DNA of 64,000 nt from Candidatus Poribacteria bacterium. GTDB lineage: Bacteria; Poribacteria; WGA-4E; PCPOR2b. Position 1 is the first letter of the stretch. Every line of letters begins with the position of its first letter. Below, in pieces: positions 51,777 to 61,563 of this stretch. The notes below the pieces were generated by a model. It ran no database searches. It was not told the DNA's origin and saw only the letters and a list, made by a program, of their open reading frames with translations. Location of the stretch: NCBI GenBank assembly GCA_965222805.1, contig CBDCUX010000005.1, positions 3,108,770 to 3,172,769 on the forward strand, in the 5' to 3' direction. The position numbers were made by a program, and so were the translations under genes.

Positions 51777-52445
51777 ATGATCGAAGTTGAAGCAAAATTT
51801 CAGGCAACATCGCCACAAGTGCTCGATCAGATTCGATTACAGAAACAGGTGGCGGGTTATACACTTTCGGATCAGCGGAACACTCCACAACAGGATATCT
51901 ATCTCGACACAACGACCGGACTACTAACACGAAATGGTGCTGCTTTGCGGATCAGGCAGAAGACATCTGCCTCCGGACTCATCGAGGAAAGAACACAACT
52001 CGTTACGTTCAAAGCCCAGACCGAAGAGATGTATACGTATACAGAACTCGAAGTACCTATTACTGACCAACAGGCGCAAGCACTCTTGAGCGGAAACCTT
52101 GAGAAGGTTCACGTTGAGCCTGTCGAAGCAGCTGTGAAATATTTAAACGGAGAGTCCGTAGTCCCGGTGCTGTATGTTGAAAACACCCGTGAAACGTGGG
52201 GCTTAAATGCTGATGCGGGGTGTGTCGAAGTTTGTCTTGATGAGGTACGGTATACCAACAAGGATAGAACACAATCTGTTCAGGAGTATGGCGTTGAATT
52301 AGAACTCAAAACTGGCGAACCTGTATTCTTACAACAGATTGCTGACACATTATCTCAACAGTATGATCTGGTCCCGACCTTCCAATCGAAATATGAGCGA
52401 GGCGCAACACTCCTGAATGTGTTCTGTGTCAAGGCAAAGGATTAG
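51777..52445 (+). CDS. CYTH domain protein (triphosphate tunnel metalloenzyme)
   Basis: N-terminal IEVEAKF (the ExExK signature). Confidence 0.55.
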   Translation: MIEVEAKFQATSPQVLDQIRLQKQVAGYTLSDQRNTPQQDIYLDTTTGLLTRNGAALRIRQKTSASGLIEERTQLVTFKAQTEEMYTYTELEVPITDQQAQALLSGNLEKVHVEPVEAAVKYLNGESVVPVLYVENTRETWGLNADAGCVEVCLDEVRYTNKDRTQSVQEYGVELELKTGEPVFLQQIADTLSQQYDLVPTFQSKYERGATLLNVFCVKAKD

Positions 52446-52466
52446 AAAAGGGAGGTTATCAATCGT

Positions 52467-52937
52467 ATGGCGAAAGCACGGACTGTCAAAGATATTGCGC
52501 CGGAAAAAAGCCTTGAAGAGTGCGCGCGAAAGATTATCACGACCCGACTCCATGAGATGATATCTTTCAAGGAGGGAGCAATTGATGGGACAGATATCGA
52601 GTACGTTCACGACATGCGAGTCGCCTCCCGCCGGCTACGCGCTGCGATGCGAAACTTTGCCGATTGCTTTACCCCAAAAAAAGAGTTCCGCGGGCACCTC
52701 AAACGGGTTGAGCGGATTACGAGTACACTGGGAGACGTGCGTGATTTAGATGTGTTGATTGATCGTTTTCAAAAAGACGCACAAACGGTTCCAGTAGATG
52801 CACAGATTGGCCTTCAAAACTTGATAAAACATCTGCAGAGAGAGCGGGAAGTGCGACGGGTACCAATGTTTACGATGTTTGAAGCGCTCGACCAGAATAA
52901 TTTCGAGAAGAAGTTCTTGAAATTCTTTGAGGTATAG
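52467..52937 (+). CDS. CHAD domain protein (N-terminal half-domain)
   Basis: HDMRVASRRLRAAMRNF. Confidence 0.5.
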   Translation: MAKARTVKDIAPEKSLEECARKIITTRLHEMISFKEGAIDGTDIEYVHDMRVASRRLRAAMRNFADCFTPKKEFRGHLKRVERITSTLGDVRDLDVLIDRFQKDAQTVPVDAQIGLQNLIKHLQREREVRRVPMFTMFEALDQNNFEKKFLKFFEV

Positions 52938-52939
52938 AG

Positions 52940-53476
52940 ATGGCAAAAGCGTGGAAAGTGAGGGGGATTCACCCACAACTGAGCTATGGTTGGAATGCAC
53001 AAGTTATCCTCGCCGTAAAGATTCAGGAGGTATACTCGCGGGCGGAATCTATTCGCAACCCGGATAAGGTCAAGGAACTCCACAACCTGCGAATCTCAAT
53101 AAAGCGGCTCCGTTACTCGATGGAGTTTTTCGGCATCAACTACGGTGAGAAACTCCAAGATTTCTTGAAGGTATTGGCAGATTTGCAGGAACAGTTGGGC
53201 GATATCCACGATTGCGATGTCGTTGAAACCGTTCTGACGGATTATCTGCAATCACTTCCGGACCGAGGGGACACAGGGACCGATGCAATTGGGATTAATA
53301 CCCTTCTGCTCCGCTACCGTGAGATGCGAGTGACAAAGTATAAGGCGTTTTTGCGGCGGTGGGATGCGCTTGAGGCGGCAGATTTCAAGATCCAACTCCT
53401 TAAAACCGTTACAGGTGAATCGGGAGAACCGTCGGTCCAAATGGGTGCGGCAGACAACTCACCCACTCAATCGTAG
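52940..53476 (+). CDS. CHAD domain protein (second half-domain)
   Basis: HNLRISIKRLRYSMEFF. Starts 2 nt after the previous stop in another frame and has its own GAGG RBS. Confidence 0.5.
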   Translation: MAKAWKVRGIHPQLSYGWNAQVILAVKIQEVYSRAESIRNPDKVKELHNLRISIKRLRYSMEFFGINYGEKLQDFLKVLADLQEQLGDIHDCDVVETVLTDYLQSLPDRGDTGTDAIGINTLLLRYREMRVTKYKAFLRRWDALEAADFKIQLLKTVTGESGEPSVQMGAADNSPTQS

Positions 53477-53528
53477 CCGAATTTAAGAAGCAGACCACCC
53501 AGTTCAGCGGGTAAAGGAGACCCAGAAA

Positions 53529-54506
53529 ATGGCGGAAAATGACGATTATGTAGTCGGGGTAGATATGGGAGGCACGAAGATCTTGGCTGCCGTTATTGAT
53601 GCTGAGGGCGAAATTGTTCAGCAAGCCAAAAGAGCGACAAAACCGAAGAAGGGGCCGGATGCAGTGATTAAACGGATTACACGATGCATCCAAGCAGCGA
53701 TTGACGGTGCTGAACTTAACCCTTCTCAGATTCGTGCAATCGGTATCGGGTCGCCGGGTCCACTTGATCCGGAGACAGGTGTTATTATCTTCGCACCTAA
53801 CCTCGGCTGGTCAAACGTGCCGCTCAAAGCAAAACTAGAAGCAAACCTTAGCATCCCTACCTTCGTCGATAATGATGTCAATGTGGGGACACTCGGCGAA
53901 TATGCCTTCGGTGCCGGACAAGGGGTAAAAAGCCTGGTCGGAATTTTTGTTGGCACAGGAATCGGCGGTGGCATTATCTTAGATGGGAAACTCTACCACG
54001 GTGTGAACAAAACCGCTGGGGAAGTCGGTCACATGATTGTGGAAGCGAAGGGGCCCCGGTGTGGTTGTGGCAACTTCGGTTGTTTAGAAGCGGTTGCCAG
54101 CCGTACTGCAATTACTAGAGACCTTCAGAAGGCTATTCTAAAAAAAGGGAAGCAAAGCAAACTCACCGAGCTGAATGGTGGAAACCTCGACTTGATTCGG
54201 AGTAAAGCCATCGCTAGGGCTGTCAAGCACGGCGACAAACCGACGATTAAGGTAGTGCAACGTGCTGCGAAATATCTGGGGATTAGTGTGGCTTCGATCG
54301 TCCATTTCTTGAACCCTGAAATGGTTGTGCTGGGCGGGGGCGTTATCGAAGCGATGGGTGATAGTTTGTTAGATCCAATCCGGCACGCGGCGGCGGAATA
54401 TGCGTTGCCCACAACAATGGACGGCGTTCAGATTGTCGCAGCAACGCTTGGCGATAACGCAGGTGTGATTGGGGCCTCCGTTTTAGCACGTGAGCGGTTA
54501 TCATAA
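53529..54506 (+). CDS. ROK family sugar kinase (glucokinase/N-acetylglucosamine kinase-like)
   Basis: VGVDMGGTKILAAV and a CGCGNFGCLEA zinc motif. Confidence 0.8.
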   Translation: MAENDDYVVGVDMGGTKILAAVIDAEGEIVQQAKRATKPKKGPDAVIKRITRCIQAAIDGAELNPSQIRAIGIGSPGPLDPETGVIIFAPNLGWSNVPLKAKLEANLSIPTFVDNDVNVGTLGEYAFGAGQGVKSLVGIFVGTGIGGGIILDGKLYHGVNKTAGEVGHMIVEAKGPRCGCGNFGCLEAVASRTAITRDLQKAILKKGKQSKLTELNGGNLDLIRSKAIARAVKHGDKPTIKVVQRAAKYLGISVASIVHFLNPEMVVLGGGVIEAMGDSLLDPIRHAAAEYALPTTMDGVQIVAATLGDNAGVIGASVLARERLS

Positions 54507-54548
54507 ACCCTAAAACGGGAGAACTTATCAATAGAGCGAGGAAAACAG

Positions 54549-54956
54549 ATGCCATATAAAATCTACCCCACTGCCGCCTCTGATGCCTCAACGGCGTTTC
54601 AGATTGAACTTGATTCGCACGCCATCGAGGCGATGGATGAGATTGAGAACAGTGGGGCACAAGGGGCAGCACGCGAGGAGATTTTGCGCAAGCACCTCAG
54701 CACAGACTATGACAAAGGCTACCGGGGAACTGCTTATGGACTTCACGGGATCTCGGAAGGCTTGACGCCAGCGCGGCTCGCTGAAATGCTTGAAGAACAT
54801 GGTGAGTCCTTTGACCCCTGTGCAGAGCGAGAAACATTCGATCATAGCATGATGGTCAATGTGGAATCCGAGTTGGATTCGCAGCTGGAATTTATTCCCG
54901 ATCGGATTTTCGATGCCATCGTGGAGACCTACAAGCAGGAGCTGCTCAACAGTTAA
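54549..54956 (+). CDS. Hypothetical protein (135 aa)
   Basis: ORF with a GAGG RBS. No recognisable domain. Confidence 0.4.
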   Translation: MPYKIYPTAASDASTAFQIELDSHAIEAMDEIENSGAQGAAREEILRKHLSTDYDKGYRGTAYGLHGISEGLTPARLAEMLEEHGESFDPCAERETFDHSMMVNVESELDSQLEFIPDRIFDAIVETYKQELLNS

Positions 54957-55043
54957 GATTGCCAGAGGCTAAATATGTTACACAATGGCTGGTGAAACAG
55001 ATGAAACGCAACGGGTAACATTATCGAACTAGGAGCGTGTATC

Positions 55044-55553
55044 ATGATTTTAGAAAATTGGGTGGTATCGGTATCAAAATTCAAAAGGGCACTTCTCACA
55101 ATCACCGACCATCTGGTGACACGGGTGAACCTTGAACCGCTTGAAGATGATGACGGGGCGGTAGGTGTCAAAGCTGTGTGGGAGGGTGAACGTGGCGAAA
55201 ACACCTTAGAAGTAGACTCGCCATCTTTGAAGGGCAACATTAAAACAGAAGGGACTGCGGCACCAACGGTCGAATACTGGCATAAGGGGGACAAACGCGG
55301 GATTGCGTTGCGAAATCCGAGAAGTATCTCCTGTGAGTTCGACGAGGAAACGTTTAGGAAGATTGAGACGGGCAAAGCGGCAGGGATTGCAGTCGCTGCC
55401 GGTGCCGCAGTTGGATTGGTTGGCTGGTGCGTCGTAGTGCTTATGGGTCGGGCGGCCCTCGTCAAACAGGAAGCAGAGCCCTCTTCACCGCGCGAACTTG
55501 GATCCAATCCTGCTAGTGGAGATTCGCGGATGGGTAGGACCCCTAAAACGTGA
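55044..55553 (+). CDS. Hypothetical protein with C-terminal TM helix (169 aa)
   Basis: ORF. Hydrophobic AAGIAVAAGAAVGLVGWCVVVLMG segment. Confidence 0.4.
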   Translation: MILENWVVSVSKFKRALLTITDHLVTRVNLEPLEDDDGAVGVKAVWEGERGENTLEVDSPSLKGNIKTEGTAAPTVEYWHKGDKRGIALRNPRSISCEFDEETFRKIETGKAAGIAVAAGAAVGLVGWCVVVLMGRAALVKQEAEPSSPRELGSNPASGDSRMGRTPKT

Positions 55554-55611
55554 AATGTGATAAGTGAAGAGGTGGTCAGCTAGGGCTTACTGATGTGGTT
55601 GTAGACTGCCG

Positions 55612-56634
55612 TTAGAAATCGTTGCGCACTTTCACAGTTTGCCCAGTCGAAAGGGATTCTTGGGCTGCTAAGGCAACGGCGACAACCCGCGCACCGTCTC
55701 GGACGGAAGGCGTGGGTTCTTTGTCTTCTACAATCCAGTGTGCCATTTTGTAAAAGTACAGCAGCAGTTCATTTGCATGCCCTTCGATGAGACGTTCCTT
55801 GTTAGCTGGCGGGTCGGCATTCAAGGTCTCACGTTCAAACACACCGTCCATACCGAGATCTAAACCGGTTAAGGTGCCTTTTGTACCGTAGAGCACCAAC
55901 CGCTGGTGTGCATCCGGCGGTGAGTTGACCGCGCTGCATATCACAGAGACGCGTCCAAGCGCACCACTGGCGAACTTAAGATTGAGAATCCACGTATCTT
56001 CTATAGGATAGCTTGGGATAACACCGCTGTTCAGAGCGAAGGCATGTACGGTGTCAATATCTCCAGCAAACCACCGCACGCAATCGATGGCGTGAGCGCC
56101 TCCGCCAAAGAGAAAATCTTGCGGTGCCGTAACCCGCCACGGCGTGATTCGACAGACCCCGCGGATATCATGGACATAACCGGTATCGATCAACGTTACT
56201 TTCCCTAACTTGCCTTCATCAAAGGCGCGACGCGCGGCAACGATCTTCGGAAGGTGGCGCCAGGTCATCGCTGCAACGAATTTAAGTCCTGTGCTATCCA
56301 CCAGGTGGACCAACCGCTCACAATCCGCCATAGTTGTCACCATCGGTTTGGTGCATATGACATGTTTTCCAGCCTCCAGCGCCGCCGCCACATGTTCGGC
56401 GTGCAGGTGGTCGGGGGTGAAAACGCCGACAACATCGACCTCAGGCCGCGACAGCAGCTCGTGATAGTCCTCGGTGACAAATCCGATCCCATAATCCTCA
56501 TACGCGAGTTTTAGAAGTGCTGGATCTTTGTCCGCCACCGCGCACACCTTTATTGGGCTATCAGATTTCTGATTCAAAGGTAGGGCACCCTTACCGACTC
56601 CTAACCCGATGATGCCCAATCCGAGCGTTGACAT
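55612..56634 (-). CDS. Gfo/Idh/MocA family NAD(P)-dependent oxidoreductase
   Basis: N-terminal Rossmann fold (LGIIGLGVGKGALP) and C-terminal alpha/beta domain. Confidence 0.8.
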   Translation of the reverse strand: MSTLGLGIIGLGVGKGALPLNQKSDSPIKVCAVADKDPALLKLAYEDYGIGFVTEDYHELLSRPEVDVVGVFTPDHLHAEHVAAALEAGKHVICTKPMVTTMADCERLVHLVDSTGLKFVAAMTWRHLPKIVAARRAFDEGKLGKVTLIDTGYVHDIRGVCRITPWRVTAPQDFLFGGGAHAIDCVRWFAGDIDTVHAFALNSGVIPSYPIEDTWILNLKFASGALGRVSVICSAVNSPPDAHQRLVLYGTKGTLTGLDLGMDGVFERETLNADPPANKERLIEGHANELLLYFYKMAHWIVEDKEPTPSVRDGARVVAVALAAQESLSTGQTVKVRNDF

Positions 56635-56731
56635 TTTGATATCCTTTTAAATCGGTTTTTTCCCTGCCTGAGCGACGTGTCGGGATTCGGAAATCCCTCC
56701 TACCGGAGAACTAAATGCCCCTACTCCCCAG

Positions 56732-57877
56732 CTACGCCTCCTTGACTTTTTCCTTGAACGCATCAATTGCCCTCTCCAGTTCGTCATCTTCGACGCTATG
56801 GTGGACAAAAAAGCTCCACGCGCCGTGGGTCGATTTCTCGGCGTTTGGACACAAACCGGGGACATATTGCACGTAGTTAGGCAATGGTACGCCGACGGAA
56901 GTCTGCCGCATCGCTTGCATGCGCTGATACTCTATTTCGATGTAGTTAATCTCACCCCTGCACCCTAATGATTCGGGTCCCCATACCGGATATACCCAGT
57001 AGTTGGGTTGGGTCTCTGGATACACATACGCCAGCCGCACACCCGGAACGTTACAGAGCTCGGTTTCAATCTTTTCAACAAGCTCCCGCCGCCGGGCGTT
57101 GAACCGGTCAATTTTTTCCAACTGTGCGAACGCCACCGCGCCCTGAAGTTCGCTGAAGCGGAAATCGTGGCCAAACGAGAAGTGTCCTCGCGTTGGCAAA
57201 CCGTTGACAGGTTTTGCTTCGGGCCGATCCAAGTCGTATAGATACCACGGCATCCCGGAGTTTGAGAACTCCGTGGCTCGTTTATAGAGCTCGGTATCGT
57301 CCGTAGCAATCATTCCCCCCTCGCCCGATGTGATATGCTTCGATTGCTGCATGGAGAAGCAGGCGACATCACCAATAGCGCCGACCTTGTGTCCCTTGTA
57401 GTAGGCATCATAAGCCTGCGAGCAGTCTTCGATAACCTTCAGGTTATGTTTCTTGGCAACAGCCATAATCTCGTTCATCATCGCCGGCTGACCGTTCAGA
57501 TGGACAACCACCACAGCGCGTGTCCGCGGCGTAATGCGTTCTTCAATTCCCTCCGCGGAAATGATTTGTGTCCTAGGGTCTACATCGGCAAACACAGGCA
57601 CGCAGCCAATTGCAACGACTGGAAAAGACACGAAAATCGGTGCGACAGCCGGGCAGATAATCTCGTCGCCCGCGTCCAAGCCCAAGCTAGCATAAGCCGT
57701 TGTATTGGCACTGGTGCCAGAGTTTACGGCGTGAACATATTTCCGTCCGAGACGCGCCCCAAATGCCTCCTCAAATCTCGGAACAAAATTGCTTCGCCCC
57801 CACCGCCATGCGTCTTGGCTTTCGATGACCTCTCGTAGATAGGTCAGTTCCTCTTCTCCAAAGCAGTTTCTTGGCAT
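56732..57877 (-). CDS. DegT/DnrJ/EryC1/StrS family PLP-dependent sugar aminotransferase
   Basis: VHAVNSGTSAN... with Lys in the SFSxxK context. Confidence 0.8.
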   Translation of the reverse strand: MPRNCFGEEELTYLREVIESQDAWRWGRSNFVPRFEEAFGARLGRKYVHAVNSGTSANTTAYASLGLDAGDEIICPAVAPIFVSFPVVAIGCVPVFADVDPRTQIISAEGIEERITPRTRAVVVVHLNGQPAMMNEIMAVAKKHNLKVIEDCSQAYDAYYKGHKVGAIGDVACFSMQQSKHITSGEGGMIATDDTELYKRATEFSNSGMPWYLYDLDRPEAKPVNGLPTRGHFSFGHDFRFSELQGAVAFAQLEKIDRFNARRRELVEKIETELCNVPGVRLAYVYPETQPNYWVYPVWGPESLGCRGEINYIEIEYQRMQAMRQTSVGVPLPNYVQYVPGLCPNAEKSTHGAWSFFVHHSVEDDELERAIDAFKEKVKEA

Positions 57878-58325
57878 GTCGATCCCCCTCCTTTTATGCA
57901 GGTGCTATTACGCGGATAGTTGTGTTAGTGAGCAGATAGTGGTCTTTCATTTCAATTATGACGTGATATTCCTTCACAGACTCTATCAGAATGCCTCCTT
58001 CTAGTCAACCCAAAATTGTTAGTAGGGGAATCGCATCCGTTATGGAAATTAGGCAGTTGAGGAATCAGCACCTAGGGTTAACCGCTGTCGTGGCGTAGAG
58101 ACTGACCTCGATGGCATCGGGGCGACCTAACCCACGGGCGATCACAGGTTAGGAAACCTGTGGCTACGAGTAGATTTCCATTGTCCTATGCCAAAGCCCT
58201 ACACAATATGGACATGCGATTGTCCTGAAATTGTTAGACCTTACTGTTGATCTAACACGCAAACCGTGATAGGATGGAGCCAATATTATCCATTTAGTGA
58301 GATCTGATTAAGCAAGGAGTTTGTT

Positions 58326-59624
58326 ATGGCTAAAATCGCCTTCCTCGGTGCAGGAAGTTTCGGATTCGGTAGACGACTGATTGGGGATCTCCTCTCATTT
58401 CCAGAATTAGTAGATTCAACCATCCACCTTGTGGACCCCGATAGCGAACGGTTGGAGTTGACACACACCTATGTGCAACGCATCGTGCGTGAGTTGAACC
58501 TACCCACACAGATTACCGCGTCAACAGAGCGTAAGCCAGCGTTGGATGGTGCTAATTATGTCATTGTCTCCATTCGGGTGGGAGCTAACATGGGACCAGA
58601 AGCGTTGGACGTGCAAATCCCACTTGATGTCGGTGGACTTCGGCAGACTGTCTCCGATACCGTTGGGATCGGCGGACTGATGAAGGGATTGCGCACGATC
58701 CCTGCCATGCTCGACATCGCTCGTGATATGGAGAGGCTCTGTCCAGATGCCCCAATGCTCAATTACACCAATCCGATGGCGATGATTATGTGGGCGGTGT
58801 TGGAGGCAACGAGTATCTCCGGCGTGGGACTTTGCCATAGCGTGCAGGGTACCAGCAAGCAGCTGGCGAATTATATGGGCGTGGATTATGACAACCTCCG
58901 CTATCTTGTTGCAGGGATTAATCACATGGCGTGGTTTTTGGAACTTTCGCAAGATAGCGAAACACTCTACCCGCGACTGAACGCCTGCCTTGAAGATCCT
59001 GAGATTGTCGCCCGCGACCCGGTGCGCTTTGAAATCCTGAAGCATTTCGGGCGGTTTGTTACTGAGTCCTCGCGCCACATGGCAGAGTATGTACCTTACT
59101 TCATGCAACACACCGACGAGATGGCGCGGTTGGACGTTGAAAATCGAACCGCCGAAAGCTTTGCCAATCAACATACAGATCGGGAGGAACGAATCGCACA
59201 GGCAAAGCGTGAAGCGGAATCGGCACCGATTGAACTGAGCCGCTCCCACGAATATGCAGCGGTCATTATTCACGCAATGGAGACGGATACCCCTGCCTAC
59301 ATTTACGGGAATGTGCTCAATACTAATCTCATCACCAATCTTCCCACTGGCTGCTGCGTCGAAGTGCCGACACTCGTTAATCGCGCCGGGTTGCAGCCGT
59401 GTTATGTCGGCGAGTTACCGCCTCAATGTGCGGCGCTTTGTCAGACCAATATCAATATGCAAGGATTGACGGTGCGAGCTATCTTGGAAGAGAACCGAGA
59501 ATATGCCTATCACGCGGGATTGGTTGACCCAAACACGGTCTCACAATTAACGTTGTCGGAGATTCGCACGACGATTGATCGACTGTTGGATGCACAGGGA
59601 GAATTTATGCCGCCGCTCGGTTAG
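58326..59624 (+). CDS. Glycoside hydrolase family 4 (NAD+/Mn2+-dependent glucosidase)
   Basis: MAKIAFLGAGSFGFG N-terminal Rossmann fold. ~430-aa GH4 length and motifs. Confidence 0.8.
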   Translation: MAKIAFLGAGSFGFGRRLIGDLLSFPELVDSTIHLVDPDSERLELTHTYVQRIVRELNLPTQITASTERKPALDGANYVIVSIRVGANMGPEALDVQIPLDVGGLRQTVSDTVGIGGLMKGLRTIPAMLDIARDMERLCPDAPMLNYTNPMAMIMWAVLEATSISGVGLCHSVQGTSKQLANYMGVDYDNLRYLVAGINHMAWFLELSQDSETLYPRLNACLEDPEIVARDPVRFEILKHFGRFVTESSRHMAEYVPYFMQHTDEMARLDVENRTAESFANQHTDREERIAQAKREAESAPIELSRSHEYAAVIIHAMETDTPAYIYGNVLNTNLITNLPTGCCVEVPTLVNRAGLQPCYVGELPPQCAALCQTNINMQGLTVRAILEENREYAYHAGLVDPNTVSQLTLSEIRTTIDRLLDAQGEFMPPLG

Positions 59625-59719
59625 TAGGAAGTCGGGATTCGGAGATTCCCCCTCCAGAAGAACTATGGTAGATTTTAGAATTACTTAGACTCTCCCAATG
59701 CACAGCCAACCCCCTAAAT

Positions 59720-59892
59720 CCCCCTTATCAGGGGGACTTGATAATTAACCCCCCAACTCCCCTGACAAGGGGACTCCCTCTGATAAGGGGGCAGGGGGGT
59801 TAGGGGATCCTCTCCCTTGTCTTTCCCCTCAACCCCCCTGTCAAGGGGGGCAAGAAACCGCCCTCCTTGCCATCCCCCCTTATCATGGGGGG
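59720..59892. repeat. Array of five GC-clamped short hairpins (C4-6 / 6-7 nt loop ttatca|tgacaa|tgataa|tgtcaa / G4-6)
   Basis: Units at 59720..59735, 59759..59772, 59776..59791, 59833..59850 and 59874..59892, seen directly. There are no unique spacers, so this is not a CRISPR array. Confidence 0.5.
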
Positions 59893-60072
59893 TTCAGAGG
59901 GGTTCAGGGGGACTTTGGAAACTTCCCGGAGGTCAGAGTTATTGGAAAATGTCTACTTATTTCTCTAATTCACCATAAATGCCCCTATGTAACTCCATTT
60001 CTCTATTGACTCGACGGTGGACTTCAACCAAAATAGAGCGATATTATCTTATAGGAAAGGTAGCTTGTCACA

Positions 60073-60915
60073 ATGATCGAGGAACTTTTTATCAGTTATC
60101 CCTTCACGGAGCGGGATGGTTTTACCTCTGGGATTGAGGGTCCCGCTTGCGACGCCGATGGCAATCTTTATGCTGTCAACTACGCGCGTCAGCACACGAT
60201 TGGGAAGGTTACTCCGGCAGGAAAATGTAGCGTATTCGTCGAACTGCCCAACGGTAGCATTGGAAACGGTATCCGTTTCAACAGCGCAGGTTCCATGCTT
60301 ATCGCCGACTATACTAACCACAACATCCTCAAGGTTGATATGGAGACACAGGAGAGTAGCATCTATGCCCATGAACCAACCATGAATCAGCCAAACGATA
60401 TCGCCATCGGCTCTAACGATATCGTCTACGCCAGCGATCCGAATTGGGCGGAATCAACGGGGCAGATCTGGCGCATAGACACAGATGGCACAGTCACGCT
60501 GCTTGAGGCGGATATGGGGACCACCAACGGTATTGAAGTCAGTCCCGATGAGAACACCCTTTACGTCAATGAAAGCGTCCAGCGTAACATCTGGGCGTAC
60601 GATCTATCCACTACTGGAGAGGTTAGCAACAAGCGATTGCTGATTCAGTTCCCCGATTTTGGGTTTGATGGTATGCGCTGCGATATTGAAGGCAACCTCT
60701 ACGTGACGCGTCACGGCAAGGGCACGATCGCTAAAATCTCTCCTCAAGGTGAGATACTGATAGAGACTGAACTTGCCGGAAAGGACTGCACCAACCTTGC
60801 CTTCGGCGGTCCTGATGGGCGCACCTGCTATGTTACACTTGCTGACCGGGGAAATGTCGAGTATTTCCGCACAGATTTGCCGGGCCGAACCTGGCAGCTT
60901 TTTCAGAGGAGTTAA
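60073..60915 (+). CDS. SMP-30/gluconolactonase/LRE-like beta-propeller lactonase
   Basis: SGL-family motifs (GPACDADGNLYAVN, EGNLYVT). Confidence 0.7.
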   Translation: MIEELFISYPFTERDGFTSGIEGPACDADGNLYAVNYARQHTIGKVTPAGKCSVFVELPNGSIGNGIRFNSAGSMLIADYTNHNILKVDMETQESSIYAHEPTMNQPNDIAIGSNDIVYASDPNWAESTGQIWRIDTDGTVTLLEADMGTTNGIEVSPDENTLYVNESVQRNIWAYDLSTTGEVSNKRLLIQFPDFGFDGMRCDIEGNLYVTRHGKGTIAKISPQGEILIETELAGKDCTNLAFGGPDGRTCYVTLADRGNVEYFRTDLPGRTWQLFQRS

Positions 60916-61524
60916 ATGCGTAATCTATGGATAGGCGGCATCCTTCTGTTGATGCTGCTGAATATTAATCAAGGGCTTATGGCGAAGGAAGGCGACGAAT
61001 TAATTGGGGAACTGGCTCCGGAATGGGGGACGCTGAAGTGGATGAATTCGCAGCCGCTCAAGTTGAGCGAGTTAGCGGACAAAGTCGTTCTCATTCGTTG
61101 GTGGACGGAGACATGCCCATTTTGTAGCAGTAGTGCGCCCGCGCTGAACGAATTTCACGACATTTTCAAGGAGAAGGGTTTAGTCGTGGTTGGGATGTAC
61201 CATCCGAAACCACCCGGTCCGCGTCGTCAGAAGGCACTTGAGAAGGCGGTGAAACGGCTTGGCTTTGAATTCCCGATTGCCTTGGATATGGATTGGAGCA
61301 GATTGAGACGTTATTGGCTGTCTAATAGCAGACACCGATGGACTTCGGTCAGCTTTCTTATTGATAAGCGGGGAAAAATTCGTTATATCCATCCGGGCGG
61401 TGAGTATTACAAAGGAGAGGACGAAACACAAACAGAAGCCCAACGGGATTATGACGAATTGAAAGGGTTGATTGAAAAACTGATTGCAGAACCATCTCGG
61501 TCTAAAGCTCAGTCGTCGAATTAG
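60916..61524 (+). CDS. Thioredoxin-fold TlpA/redoxin-like thiol-disulfide oxidoreductase
   Basis: Signal/TM N-terminus and a WTETCPFC active site. The start abuts the previous stop (TAAATG). Confidence 0.7.
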   Translation: MRNLWIGGILLLMLLNINQGLMAKEGDELIGELAPEWGTLKWMNSQPLKLSELADKVVLIRWWTETCPFCSSSAPALNEFHDIFKEKGLVVVGMYHPKPPGPRRQKALEKAVKRLGFEFPIALDMDWSRLRRYWLSNSRHRWTSVSFLIDKRGKIRYIHPGGEYYKGEDETQTEAQRDYDELKGLIEKLIAEPSRSKAQSSN

Positions 61525-61563
61525 TATGCACCGTCAGATGAAGACAGACCTTCCGCCGACGGT

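Noticed and set aside
52935-52942. Frameshift joining the two CHAD ORFs
   Set aside because: Both ORFs have their own start codon and a GAGG-type RBS, so they are treated as separate genes pending read-level evidence.
59720-59892. Possible CRISPR array
   Set aside because: The units are 14-19 nt hairpins that abut or lie close to each other with no unique spacers of regular length. No cas genes are nearby.
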